From Thermoplasmata archaeon (GTDB taxonomy: Archaea > Thermoplasmatota > Thermoplasmata > Lutacidiplasmatales > UBA184), in NCBI GenBank assembly GCA_022750435.1, contig JAKIVS010000010.1, positions 3,912 through 67,911 of the forward strand: a stretch of DNA of 64,000 nucleotides, given 5' to 3'. Both the position numbers and the translations under genes were made by a program. This document shows, in pieces, positions 27,728-37,226 of the stretch (positions are counted from its first letter, which is position 1; every line of letters starts with the position of its first letter). Under the pieces are notes generated by a model. That model did not search any database. It was not told where the DNA came from and saw only the letters and a program-made list of their open reading frames with translations.

Positions 27728-28300
27728 CTAGACCATGATGGCGTGGCGGCGGCGCATGGACTCTTCGCTCTCGTGGCGCACGCGCATCAGCTCCGCCACC
27801 AAGGCGTCCGTGAGTCGGAGGGCCGCCGACTCGAACAGGGTCCCGAGGGGAGCGATCCGGATCCGGTCGGCATCTTCCGGAAAGTCGAGGGTGAGGAGGA
27901 GCGTCGCCGCGTGGGCGAGCTTGGAGGTCGAGCGGGCGGTCAGGACGATCAGCTCGGACCCCTCGCGTCGGACGATATTCGCCGTCGCGATCGACGACTG
28001 GCTCTCGCCGGCCCCGGAGAGGATGAACACCGCGTCGCCGCGCCGAACGATCGGGGTGACGCTCTCGCCGATCACGTAGGCGGTGAGACCGATCTGCACG
28101 AGCCGCATCGCGAAGGCGCGGCCGATGATGCCGGAGCGGCCGGCGCCGTAGACGAACGTGGCGGGCGCCTTCGCGAGGATCGCCACCGCGCGGTCGATGG
28201 TCGCCGGGTCGAGCTGGTCGAGCGCCTCGCTGACGCGTCGACCGATGTAGGCCTGGGCCCGGGAGAACACCGGGCCGTCAGTGCTGCCGGCGTCGGTCAC
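27728..28300 (-). CDS. hxlB: 6-phospho-3-hexuloisomerase (SIS family)
   Basis: Motifs YGAGRSG, FAMRL, VIGE.VTP, SGAGES, APLGTLFE and MRRRH. Start is GTG at 28300. Confidence 0.9.
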   Translation of the reverse strand: MTDAGSTDGPVFSRAQAYIGRRVSEALDQLDPATIDRAVAILAKAPATFVYGAGRSGIIGRAFAMRLVQIGLTAYVIGESVTPIVRRGDAVFILSGAGESQSSIATANIVRREGSELIVLTARSTSKLAHAATLLLTLDFPEDADRIRIAPLGTLFESAALRLTDALVAELMRVRHESEESMRRRHAIMV

Positions 28301-29468
28301 GTCCGGACCTCTTGGGGGTCGGCGCGCGGGAGGGGAGGCGGGCCGCGAGCGCCTGCCGCGGTCGCGCCGTCGCGAGGGACGGCGTGCGGACGACGGTCTT
28401 CGCCGGAGTCCGCGGGACCACGGTCGGCGCGACACGCTTCACGGCGGCGTTCGCGGGTGCGTGCTTCTTCGCGTAGCGCTTGGAGAGCGAGCGCTCGTAG
28501 AGGAGCTTCATGTACATCGCGTCGTGCTCGAGGAGCGGAGAACTCGAGATCACGGTCACGTCGTACTCCCGCTCGCTGAACAGTTCGGCGACCGGGTCGA
28601 ACCGGGCCTGGCCGCGTTTGATCGGCGTCAGCCGGAACTCGCCGGGGCCGTAGAACTCGACGCCGGCGAAGTTCATGTACAGTTCGCCGCCGCTCGCCTT
28701 CACGAACTCCTCGACGACCGGGCGCAGATCGTCCGGGGTGTCGAAGGTCCTCCGCTCGCGGGCAGAGATGTGCGGCAGGTTGAGGACCGGGACCACGCCC
28801 TTCACCTGGTGAGCGATCTCGAGGATCTCTTCGCGGGAACCGAACACGTCGGGGTGACCGGACGGCTCGATCGCGAGACGGACGGTGCCGTGGGAGTATT
28901 CCTTCAGCCAGTCGGAGAGCTCGTGGGCGACGCGCGTCAGTTCCTGGACGCTGTCGGACCGCGTTCCGGGTCCGTAGAATCCGAGATGCGTGACCGCCAT
29001 GCGCGCCCCGAGCCCCTCGGCGAGCACCGAGGCCCACTGGATCTGTCGGAGGGAGCGTTCCCGGGCCTCCTGGCTCCCGAAGAAATCCACGTAGTACGGG
29101 GCGTGGAGCGTGAGGTCCACGTCGAGGGCGCGCGCGAGCGCGCGGGTCTGCGCGAGGTCCGCGTAGTCCTTCGCGAGGCTCCACGTGAGCGCGGTGATCG
29201 AGTCCTTCCGGCCGACGGGCGTCACCATCCGGGCCGCCGTTGGGATCGCGGAACCGGTCCCCGGGCCGACGCCGACGATGAGCTGGAGGGCGATGTCGCG
29301 CGCGGTCTTGCCGATCTCCTCGTCGAGGACGACGCGCGTGAGCGGATTGACCTTGATGAACTGCACTTCCATCGCGGTCAGGCCGAGATGGTGGACGTCG
29401 GAGATCCCGTCGCGCAGGGTGCGTCCCTTACACGAAAGAGGGATCCCTGCAGGACCGAACCGAATCAC
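28278..29468 (-). CDS. Archaeal endonuclease IV-like TIM-barrel protein (metal ligands partly degenerate, basic C-terminal tail)
   Basis: IRFGPAGIP, AMEVQF, HAPYY, HLGFY, IEPSGH..FGS and SPLLEHDA. Start is GTG at 29468. Confidence 0.85.
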   Translation of the reverse strand: MIRFGPAGIPLSCKGRTLRDGISDVHHLGLTAMEVQFIKVNPLTRVVLDEEIGKTARDIALQLIVGVGPGTGSAIPTAARMVTPVGRKDSITALTWSLAKDYADLAQTRALARALDVDLTLHAPYYVDFFGSQEARERSLRQIQWASVLAEGLGARMAVTHLGFYGPGTRSDSVQELTRVAHELSDWLKEYSHGTVRLAIEPSGHPDVFGSREEILEIAHQVKGVVPVLNLPHISARERRTFDTPDDLRPVVEEFVKASGGELYMNFAGVEFYGPGEFRLTPIKRGQARFDPVAELFSEREYDVTVISSSPLLEHDAMYMKLLYERSLSKRYAKKHAPANAAVKRVAPTVVPRTPAKTVVRTPSLATARPRQALAARLPSRAPTPKRSGRDRRRQH

Positions 29469-29514
29469 AACTAACCGAACCTCAAAATAGGCGGGAGGGG
29501 GGGATTCGACGGCC

Positions 29515-30159
29515 CTATATATGGGGTGGGGCGGCGGCTCGAAGCGGCACGAAACGCACCGCCGGACCGACCACGGTGGACCCCGCGGTCCCCTTCCTTC
29601 GGAAGACGGTGAGCATCTGCCCCATGGCATGGCCCACCGGCGCCACCACCCGCCCGCCGTCCACGACGGCCGCGGGCCAGGTCGGGGAGAGCACGCTCGT
29701 CGCACAGGAGACGAGGACCGCGTCGAAGACGGGCCCCTCGGGGACCGCCTCGCGGCCGTCCCGGATGCGGATCGTCGCGTCGACTCCCAATTGGGCGAGG
29801 GTCGCCCGGCTCCGATTGGCGAGGCCCGGGTCGATCTCGACTCCGACGAGGTGGCCGGACGGGCCGACGATCGCCGACGCGACCGCAAGGAGGTAGCCGC
29901 TCCCGCTCCCAATCTCGAGCAGGTTCGCGCCGCGATGGAGCTTCGCCAACTCGAGTTGGAGGGCGACCATGTGCGGCGCCGAGATCGACGTAAAGTCGTC
30001 GCCGAGGGGGATCGGCTCGTCGTCGTACGCCCGGGCGAGGTACGCTCGGGGCACGAACAGGTGGCGCGGCACCGACCGCAGCGCCTTCGCGACGGCGGGC
30101 GGCATCGGCCCGAGGGCGCCGACCATGCGCGCCGCCGACTCGGCCCACGTCTCGGTCAT
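29515..30159 (-). CDS. pcm: Protein-L-isoaspartate O-methyltransferase
   Basis: Motifs VPRHLFVP, ISAPHMV, LEIGSGSGY, GGRVVAPVG and VRFVPL. Confidence 0.92.
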   Translation of the reverse strand: MTETWAESAARMVGALGPMPPAVAKALRSVPRHLFVPRAYLARAYDDEPIPLGDDFTSISAPHMVALQLELAKLHRGANLLEIGSGSGYLLAVASAIVGPSGHLVGVEIDPGLANRSRATLAQLGVDATIRIRDGREAVPEGPVFDAVLVSCATSVLSPTWPAAVVDGGRVVAPVGHAMGQMLTVFRRKGTAGSTVVGPAVRFVPLRAAAPPHI

Positions 30160-30764
30160 GGGGACGGAACGACCGGATGGAACCGGAGCCCGACGAGGTA
30201 CAGCTCGCTCGAGCGCTCGCGCGACGCCGGGGGCTTCGTCCGCTGCCACCGGCGGAACGAGGGCCCGATGTCCCGGTCGAGCTCGTCGAGCATCTCGCCG
30301 GCGAACACCTTCGCCACGAACGAGCCGTCCTTCGCGAGGACCTCTCGGGCGAGGTCGAACGCGGACCGGACGAGCGCCACCGAGCGGGCGTGGTCGGTCG
30401 AGTAGGCGCCGCTGATCCTCGGCGACATGTCGGAGAGGACGACGTCGAAGCGCTCCGGACCGAGACGGCCAACAAGCCCCGGGGAGCCGACCATTCCCCG
30501 GACGACCGTGACCCCGCGCGCCGGTTCGATGTCGCGCGGGTCCACGGCGACGACCGAGCCCTTCCGCCCCACGCGCTCGGCGGCGACCAAGGACCAGCCT
30601 CCCGGCGCGGCACCGAGGTCGAGGACCCGGTCGCCAATGCGGAAGATCGGGAAACGCTCGGCGAGGTGCTCCAGCTTGAACGCCGCCCGCGAGCGCAGAC
30701 CCTCGGACTGCGCCGCCCGGTAGTACGGGTCGCGCCGCCGCTCCGCGACGAACCGCCGTCCCAT
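30156..30764 (-). CDS. rlmE: 23S rRNA 2'-O-methyltransferase RlmE/FtsJ
   Basis: Motifs RSRAAFKL, DLGAAPGGWS, SDMSP, FVAKVF and KPPASR..SSELY. Confidence 0.96.
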   Translation of the reverse strand: MGRRFVAERRRDPYYRAAQSEGLRSRAAFKLEHLAERFPIFRIGDRVLDLGAAPGGWSLVAAERVGRKGSVVAVDPRDIEPARGVTVVRGMVGSPGLVGRLGPERFDVVLSDMSPRISGAYSTDHARSVALVRSAFDLAREVLAKDGSFVAKVFAGEMLDELDRDIGPSFRRWQRTKPPASRERSSELYLVGLRFHPVVPSP

Positions 30765-30821
30765 CCGGTTCCCTACGCGAGGCCGGGCCTTAACCCGCTC
30801 GCGCACGACGCGGCGCCGGAG

Positions 30822-30896
30822 TGGGGCCGTCCGAATTTGAATCGGAGTCTCTTGCACCCCAAGCAAGAAGGATGGACCAAGCTACCCCACGGCCCC
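30822..30896 (-). tRNA. tRNA-Pro (GGG), intronless, CCA not encoded
   Basis: Acceptor stem GGGGCCG/CGGCCCC with discriminator A, D arm GGGTAGCTTGGTCCATCCT, anticodon stem CTTGC/GCAAG with loop TTGGGGT, and T arm TCCGA-TTCAAAT-TCGGA. Confidence 0.96.
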
Positions 30897-30956
30897 GTCG
30901 GTCGCCGGGGCATCGGACCGAGGTGGGGAAGATAACCGTTTCCGGACCGACCCGAA

Positions 30957-31142
30957 CTACCGGTGGACAATCAGCCAACCGGCGGCCGCCACGACGATGA
31001 GGATCGCCGTCGAGACCGCCGAGAGCCAGAAGAAGGTCCAGAGGTCGGCCGACCCCTCCTCGGGGGAAACACCGACGCCCGGCGTGGAGCTTCCCGGGGT
31101 CGTGGTGTACGGATTGACGACGGTCGTCTCGGCAGGCGCCAT
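30957..31142 (-). CDS. Small single-TM membrane protein
   Basis: 61 aa with a C-terminal TM helix (LWTFFWLSAVSTAILIVVAAAGWLIV) and a TTAAGA TATA-like box about 35 nt upstream. Confidence 0.65.
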   Translation of the reverse strand: MAPAETTVVNPYTTTPGSSTPGVGVSPEEGSADLWTFFWLSAVSTAILIVVAAAGWLIVHR

Positions 31143-31192
31143 GGGGACAATCGGGTGTACGTCCCGGCCCGATTCTTAACGACTCGGTTCGT

Positions 31193-31906
31193 TCAGGCGG
31201 CGAACCAGGGGAGTCTCGCCGCCGGTCCGGTGGGCCGGAGGACGAGGGCATGGAGGTTCGATGCGGCGTCGCCGGGGGCGTAGGAGTCGCGCTGGGCGAG
31301 CTGGTAGAGCAGGAACAGCGCATCTTCGTCGGTGGTCACGCCGAGGGAGCGCTTCACGTCGATGTGGAACCGCTCGCCAAGGACCTCGAGGAGTTCGGAG
31401 AAGTCGACCGGGTTCTGGCCGCCCGAGGCGAACGCTCGGCGGAACATCCCGACCACGACGCCCGTGGAGAGTCGCAGGAGCGTCCGCCGGTCCACCACGA
31501 TGGCGTGCCAGTGAGGCGTCTCGCGGCCGAGCCCACCCAACACCAGGATTCGGACCTCGCTGTCGATCTCCGCGCCGCCCACCGTCGCGATGTGGTTCCA
31601 CGCCGCTTCGGCCGCCATGTCGGTGCCGACGACGACGATGGCCCTTCCCCCGGCACCCTTCGCGGCGCTGCGCGCGAGGATGGGCGCCCACGGGCCCTTC
31701 GCAGGACCCTCGGGGCTGTCGGGAACGAAGACCGGATACGTCCGCCGGGGAACGCCGGCTTCCTGCACCCAGAAGGCGGGGGGAGCCGTGACCTCGCGGC
31801 GTTGGGGCTCGACGCGGGAGTATCCGAGCCGACGAAGGGTCGACTCGGCCTCGCGCACGCGGTCCCGGTCGTCGTTCGAGGGCGCCCCCGGAGGCGTGCT
31901 CGTCAT
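31193..31906 (-). CDS. Hypothetical protein (possible degenerate restriction-endonuclease-like N-terminus)
   Basis: 237-aa ORF with typical codon usage: LRRLGY.., AIVVV, and C-terminal LYQLAQRD...RLPWFAA. Confidence 0.7.
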   Translation of the reverse strand: MTSTPPGAPSNDDRDRVREAESTLRRLGYSRVEPQRREVTAPPAFWVQEAGVPRRTYPVFVPDSPEGPAKGPWAPILARSAAKGAGGRAIVVVGTDMAAEAAWNHIATVGGAEIDSEVRILVLGGLGRETPHWHAIVVDRRTLLRLSTGVVVGMFRRAFASGGQNPVDFSELLEVLGERFHIDVKRSLGVTTDEDALFLLYQLAQRDSYAPGDAASNLHALVLRPTGPAARLPWFAA

Positions 31907-31966
31907 CGCCCTCCTAGCGGGACGACGTGGATAAGGGTGCGCCCACCGGTGGTCCGTGCGCGTTCG

Positions 31967-32893
31967 TCAGAACGGTCGCACTCCGAGGGCGGAGAGCCAG
32001 AAGTTCACGATCAGCACGACGATCACCGCGAGCAGGTACGGTCCCGAGCCGATGAACGCGCGCAGCGCGACCGGCTTATCGAACCGTTTCCAAAGCGGGA
32101 TCGCGAGGAGGAGGTAGACCACGGACGCGGCGACGACGGCCACGGCGACCGGCCAGGCGAACGGGGCGACCCAGTCGAGGAGGAGCGAGGCCGGAAGGAG
32201 GAGGGCCGTCGAGACGACCACGACCCGGCCGGAGTAGCCCGGGTCGTCCATCTTCGGGAGCATCGGAAGGCCGACGCGGCGGTAGTCGTCCCGCAGCATG
32301 AGGGCCAGGCTCCAGAAGTGGGGGGGCGTCCAGAGGAACACGAGGAGGGCAAACGCGAGGACCGGAACGGTCCAGCTCCCGACCGCGGCCGCGCTCCCGG
32401 CCAAGGCGGGGGCGCTCCCGGCAAACCCGCCGACGACGATGTTCCAGTTGGTGCGGCGCTTCATCACGATCGTGTAGACGACGACGTAGGTCAGGCCGCC
32501 CAGGGCGATCGACAGGGCCGTCAGCGGGTTGAGCCACACATATGCGCCCCCGACCCCGAAGGCGAGGAGCCCCGTGCCCCCGAGGAGGACGCCGCTGCTG
32601 TGCGCAATGCGAGCCCCGGGGAGCGGGCGGCTCTGGGTTCGCTTCATTCCGCCGTCGACGTCGCGGTCGAAGTAGTGGTTCAGCATCGCCGACCCCGCCG
32701 AAGCGAGGCCGCCGGTGAGCACGAGGAGTCCAAGGCGGGTGTAGTCGATGTGGCTCGGCAGCGCGAGGAAGTAGCCGGCGATCGCCACCATCACGATCAG
32801 CGCGGTGATGCCGGGTTTCGTCAGCGTCAGAACGTCGCGCCAGAGCGCCCGCGCGGGAGCAGAGGCGGTCGGGGCCCCCGGTGCTTCGCTCAC
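31967..32893 (-). CDS. ctaB: Protoheme IX farnesyltransferase (heme o synthase)
   Basis: Motifs LTKPGI, NHYFDRDVD..MKRTQSRPLP, YT..MKRRT..NIVVGG and WTPPHFWSL...DDY. Confidence 0.96.
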   Translation of the reverse strand: MSEAPGAPTASAPARALWRDVLTLTKPGITALIVMVAIAGYFLALPSHIDYTRLGLLVLTGGLASAGSAMLNHYFDRDVDGGMKRTQSRPLPGARIAHSSGVLLGGTGLLAFGVGGAYVWLNPLTALSIALGGLTYVVVYTIVMKRRTNWNIVVGGFAGSAPALAGSAAAVGSWTVPVLAFALLVFLWTPPHFWSLALMLRDDYRRVGLPMLPKMDDPGYSGRVVVVSTALLLPASLLLDWVAPFAWPVAVAVVAASVVYLLLAIPLWKRFDKPVALRAFIGSGPYLLAVIVVLIVNFWLSALGVRPF

Positions 32894-32921
32894 GATTGGT
32901 TCCTCGTCCCTCGGACGGCGT

Positions 32922-33497
32922 TCAGGGCTCGGCGGCGCGGGCGGGGGCTCCCGGGTCCCGTTGGCCCGACGGCGCGTCGCCCCGTTGCATCCGGGCGAGC
33001 GTGACGCTCGCCGCCTCTTCGTCGGCCGCGGCTTCCGCCCAATCGGTCCAGAGTTTCGGAATCGACCTCAGGTTGGCCAGGAACGCGATGACGAGCAGGA
33101 TTCCAAGGAGGACCGTGGCGAAGACGAAGTGGAGGAGGACGACCATCGCCTGGAGGTCCGTCACCACTACGAGGCCGCCCAGGAACGCCTGGGCCAGCAC
33201 CAACACCGCCGCCGAAACGGCGAGGCCGCGGAGCACCGGTCGTCGGCGCTCCGAGACGAGCCCGATCAGCGCCATCCCGGCGACGAGGAGACCCGTGACG
33301 AACGCGCTGACACGGTGGCTCCACTCGATGGCCGTCGCGCCGGAGAAGGGAGGCGCGAACGTCCCGTGGCAGCTCGGCCAATCCGGACAGGCGAGTCCGG
33401 CGTTGCTCGCGATGACATTCCCGCCGAGGACGATCGTCACGTAGGTGGCGAAGAACGCGGCGATGGCGAGGAGCCGGAAGATCGTGTGCTTCTCCAC
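32922..33497 (-). CDS. ctaA: Heme A synthase, short single-module type (COX15/CtaA)
   Basis: GLACPDWPSC, EWSHR, QAFLGG and LLH, with four TM helices. Confidence 0.92.
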   Translation of the reverse strand: MEKHTIFRLLAIAAFFATYVTIVLGGNVIASNAGLACPDWPSCHGTFAPPFSGATAIEWSHRVSAFVTGLLVAGMALIGLVSERRRPVLRGLAVSAAVLVLAQAFLGGLVVVTDLQAMVVLLHFVFATVLLGILLVIAFLANLRSIPKLWTDWAEAAADEEAASVTLARMQRGDAPSGQRDPGAPARAAEP

Positions 33498-33506
33498 GGA
33501 CCTCTC

Positions 33507-35201
33507 CTAGGCGGTGACCGGGGACGACTCCGACGTCGCCGCCGCGACCGGCAGGCCGCGGGAGGACGGGAGCGGGGCGGGCTTGGGGCCGGTCATCTGC
33601 GTGGGTGCGGGCTCGCCCCACGGGTCGTCGCTCGTCACGCGGCGGCCGGCGAAGTAGCTGTAGATCATGTTGAAGGCGAACACCAGTTGGCCGAGCCCGA
33701 GGATGAGCGCGCCGACGCTCGAGACGAAGTTCCAGAACTGGAAATTCTCCGTCGGGAGGTAGGTATAGACCCGGCGGGGCAGCCCCTCCGCTCCGAGGAT
33801 GAACATCGGGAACAGCAGCATGTTCACGCCGATGTAGGTCAGGAGGAAGTGGACGTGGCCGAGGGATTGGGAGTACCAGCGCTTGGTCCAGATCGGGTAG
33901 TAGAAGTAGATCCCGGCGAAGATCCCCATCAACGTCCCGCCCAGGAGGATGTAGTGGAAGTGGGCCACGACGAAGTACGTCCCGTGGTACAGGTAGTCGA
34001 TCGGGATCGAGGCGAGCAGGAGGCCCGAGAGGCCGCCGATGACGAAGCCGGTGATGAACGCCACGCAGAACCACATCGGGACCGCCATCCAGATCTGGCC
34101 GCCCCAGAGCGTCGCGACCCAGTTGAACGTCTTCACCGCCGACGGGACGGCGATCGCCATCGTCGAGAGCATGAACACGAACCGGAGGTCCGTGGAAATG
34201 CCGGTGACGAACATGTGGTGTTCCCAGACGGCAAACGAGAGGACCGCGAAGACGCCGAGCGAGACGGCCATCGCCCCGTAACCGAAGATGTCCTTTCTCG
34301 CCAGTTTCGGGAGGACGGTCGAGATGATCCCGAACGCCGGTAACACCATCACGTAGACTTCGGGGTGCGCGAAGAACCAGAACATGTTCTGGTAGAGCAG
34401 CGCTCCACCGAGGGGAGTCCCGTTCGCGGCCGCCAGGATGTGCGTGCCGAAGTTCCGGTCCGACAGGACCATCGTGAGCGCGATCGAGAGGGACGGCAGC
34501 GCGAAGATCAGCAGGACCGAGTTGACCAGCGTCGCCCAGACGAAGAGGGGCAGGTTCCAGTAGTGGACCCCGGGCGCGCGGTGCTTGACGATCGTGACGA
34601 GGAAGTTGATCGCGCCGAGCATGGAGGAGGCGGAGAGGATGTGGAGCCCGAGGATCCACAGGTCGACGCCGTGCGGGTTCGGTCCGTACGCCTGGAGGGA
34701 GAGCGGGACGTAGCCGGTCCACCCGGCGTACGCGTTCGAGAGGATCAGGATGACGCCGGCGGGGGGAATCATCCAGAACGCGATTGCGTTGATCCGGGGG
34801 AGGGCCATCTCCTTCGCCCCGATCATCGACGGGACGAGGTAGTTGCCGAACCCCGCGAGGACGGGCATGATGAACATGAAGATCATCAGCACGCCGTGCA
34901 TCGTGAACAGCGTCGAGTAGACGTCCGGCGTGATGCCGAGCGTCGTCTGGGGGTCGAGCCCTAGGCCCTGGACGAACCCGAGGTCCGTGCGGATCAGGAC
35001 GGCGTAGATCCCCCCGATGAAGAAGAAGATCAGGCCCGTCGTGATGTACATCAGACCAATGCGCTTGTGGTCGGTGGTGAACAGGTAGAGCTTCGCCTTC
35101 CGGACGAACCAGTCGCCGTGGTAGCGGAGGACGAAGAGACCGAACCCGGCGAGCGCGAGAATGATCGCGAGTTCGGCGATGGGTCCTGCGAGGTCGTACA
35201 T
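33507..35201 (-). CDS. coxA: Heme-copper oxidase subunit I, type A1
   Basis: [36 protein letters not shown]-channel VPSAVK, VVAHFHY and GLPRR. Confidence 0.97.
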   Translation of the reverse strand: MYDLAGPIAELAIILALAGFGLFVLRYHGDWFVRKAKLYLFTTDHKRIGLMYITTGLIFFFIGGIYAVLIRTDLGFVQGLGLDPQTTLGITPDVYSTLFTMHGVLMIFMFIMPVLAGFGNYLVPSMIGAKEMALPRINAIAFWMIPPAGVILILSNAYAGWTGYVPLSLQAYGPNPHGVDLWILGLHILSASSMLGAINFLVTIVKHRAPGVHYWNLPLFVWATLVNSVLLIFALPSLSIALTMVLSDRNFGTHILAAANGTPLGGALLYQNMFWFFAHPEVYVMVLPAFGIISTVLPKLARKDIFGYGAMAVSLGVFAVLSFAVWEHHMFVTGISTDLRFVFMLSTMAIAVPSAVKTFNWVATLWGGQIWMAVPMWFCVAFITGFVIGGLSGLLLASIPIDYLYHGTYFVVAHFHYILLGGTLMGIFAGIYFYYPIWTKRWYSQSLGHVHFLLTYIGVNMLLFPMFILGAEGLPRRVYTYLPTENFQFWNFVSSVGALILGLGQLVFAFNMIYSYFAGRRVTSDDPWGEPAPTQMTGPKPAPLPSSRGLPVAAATSESSPVTA

Positions 35202-35216
35202 CGGTTCTCTCCCCTC

Positions 35217-35615
35217 CTACATCAGCAACTGGGCCACGACGTAGGCGGCGCCTCCGAGGGCGGCCGCGACCACGAGCCAGCTCAGCAGGGTCGCCGTCCC
35301 CGACGGGGTGACCGGGCCCGGCGTGGCGGGCCGGAACCGGCGCCCGAGCGGCCAGGACCGGTAGGTCCGGTCCACGAGGTGGACGAGCATCGCCCCCATC
35401 GTGAACATCGCCGCGACGGCGAGCCCGAAGGAGGTCTCGACCCCGGTCCCGACGAGGGCCCCGAGTCGGACGACGTAGACGAACAAGCCGACGATGCCCG
35501 CGATCATCAGCACGATGATCGCGTAGTAGAGCCGGAGCACCCGGGCCGCGGTCTCCGCGCGGTGCGCCTCGACGAAATCGACGCCGGGGTCGGAGGGAGC
35601 GGGGGTCTCACTCAA
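35217..35615 (-). CDS. Three-TM membrane protein in the Rieske/cytochrome b/oxidase operon
   Basis: Three hydrophobic helices and an HLVDRTYR motif. The TTG start at 35615 overlaps the upstream stop. Confidence 0.7.
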   Translation of the reverse strand: MSETPAPSDPGVDFVEAHRAETAARVLRLYYAIIVLMIAGIVGLFVYVVRLGALVGTGVETSFGLAVAAMFTMGAMLVHLVDRTYRSWPLGRRFRPATPGPVTPSGTATLLSWLVVAAALGGAAYVVAQLLM

Positions 35616-35874
35616 AGAGCCGCACCTCCCGGTGAGGGACGCCGCGGAGCCGGTCGACCCGGTAGAGGATCCCGGTGAGGAGGAGCATGGCGATGGAGGC
35701 GACGAACGCGCCGCCCACGAACGCCGGCACGTCGAGGAGCCAGTTGCCGGTCGCGAACAGTTGGGTGAGCCCATAGACGACGAACGCGGCGGCGACGGTG
35801 CCGATCAGCAGGAGGATGGCCAGGACCCCCCAGAGCCAGCCGGTCCGGTACTCCGTCTTGGTCGGGTCAGTCAT
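35608..35874 (-). CDS. Two-TM membrane protein in the Rieske/cytochrome b/oxidase operon
   Basis: MTDPTKTEYRTGWLW..., two TM helices and a YRVDRLRG tail. It overlaps the cytochrome b stop. Confidence 0.75.
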   Translation of the reverse strand: MTDPTKTEYRTGWLWGVLAILLLIGTVAAAFVVYGLTQLFATGNWLLDVPAFVGGAFVASIAMLLLTGILYRVDRLRGVPHREVRLFE

Positions 35875-37213
35875 GCGCTCGCGCCTCCGCAACGGCGGGC
35901 ATCGAGGTGCCCGTAGGGTAGGCGCCCGGCCGCTGGGCCCCCATTCCGCTCTGCGCGGCGAGGCGGGCGCGGTAGCTCTTCTGATAGCGCCAGTAGAACA
36001 GACCGACGAACAGCGCGTTGAACGCGAACAGCGGGCCGAGCCGCTCCGCGACGAGCATCGGGGAGATCGACACGCCCGGCGTCAGGCCGCCCCAGACCGT
36101 CATCAGGACGAACATCTCGAGCAGCGAGCTCCCGATGAACAGGAACACGGGCCGGTCCCGCGGGTGAGTGCGCTTCGAGCGGTCGAGGAACGGCAGGAAC
36201 AGCACGTACAGGATGATCACCGTCGTCACGCCGACCGCGATCACCGGCGTGACCCCCTCGAAATCGACGAGCTTGAACACCCAGAGGAAGTACCAATCCG
36301 GTTCGGTGACCACCCCCGCGGCGCTCAGGTCCCCCGCGTAGGTCGGAAGGGTCCATGGCCAGAGGGCGGCGAGGCCGAGCAGGAGCCCGATGTAGAGCAG
36401 GGCCCACTTGGTGATGTAGAAGAGAATGTGGGGCATGAACGGAACGTGCTTCTTGTCCTCCTCCTCAGTGAACCGCCGGCGCTGGAGCGGGTCGGAGGTC
36501 GCCGGCGGAGCGATACCGTGCGACTCGAACAGCGCGATGTGGGCGTAGAGCAGCGCGCCGAGCGCGAGCGGCAGCAGAAGGACGTGCGCCGCAAACATCC
36601 GCGATAACAGACCTTGTCCGGTTCCGTCGGAGAGGATCAGGGGACCGAGGAGCGGCCCGGCGTAGGGGAGTCGGATCGCCAGGACGAGGCCGACGTTGGT
36701 CGCGTTGAGGGAGATCTGCGTGTACGGGAGGAGGTAGCCCGTGAACCCCATGCCGAGGGTCACAAGCATGAGGAGCGAGCCGACCATCCAGGAGAATTCC
36801 CGGGGGGCTTTGTAGACGCCGAGGTAGTAGCCCCGGTAGAAGTGGACGAACGCGAGGAAGATCATCGCGTACGCGCCGTAGAGATGGGTGGACAGCAGCA
36901 GCTGACCCATCGGTACGGAATGGATGATGTAGTACGTGCTGCACCACGCGGCCGGCGACGAGGACAGCGTCCCGGCGGCCTGGCCGCACGCCGTGTAGGT
37001 CGGGTTGACGCTCGGCTGGTAGTACAGCAGCAGCAGCAGGCCGGAGATCACCTGGTAGAGGAACGCGTTGACGACGAACGCGCCGGTCCAGTACGACGGC
37101 TTGAACGTGAACTCCGGTTGCGGTCGGAGCGCCCACTTGGGCATCCCGGTCCGGTCTTCGACGAACCCCCAGACCTGGTTCAAGGTCCGGTTGAACCAAC
37201 GCTCGAACCCCAC
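35867..37213 (-). CDS. Cytochrome b of a Rieske/cytb complex (fused b6 + subunit IV type)
   Basis: QVISGLLL..YY, heme His pairs (STHLYG...VHFYR and AAHV...YAH), GFTGYLLP, Qo motif EPDWYF and PFLDRS. Confidence 0.95.
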   Translation of the reverse strand: MGFERWFNRTLNQVWGFVEDRTGMPKWALRPQPEFTFKPSYWTGAFVVNAFLYQVISGLLLLLYYQPSVNPTYTACGQAAGTLSSSPAAWCSTYYIIHSVPMGQLLLSTHLYGAYAMIFLAFVHFYRGYYLGVYKAPREFSWMVGSLLMLVTLGMGFTGYLLPYTQISLNATNVGLVLAIRLPYAGPLLGPLILSDGTGQGLLSRMFAAHVLLLPLALGALLYAHIALFESHGIAPPATSDPLQRRRFTEEEDKKHVPFMPHILFYITKWALLYIGLLLGLAALWPWTLPTYAGDLSAAGVVTEPDWYFLWVFKLVDFEGVTPVIAVGVTTVIILYVLFLPFLDRSKRTHPRDRPVFLFIGSSLLEMFVLMTVWGGLTPGVSISPMLVAERLGPLFAFNALFVGLFYWRYQKSYRARLAAQSGMGAQRPGAYPTGTSMPAVAEARAHD

Positions 37214-37226
37214 CTCGTCCCCTCCC

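Noticed and set aside
30822-31906. tRNA-Pro as the integration site of a genomic island
   Set aside because: No integrase and no duplicated tRNA 3' end were seen, and housekeeping rlmE follows the tRNA directly.
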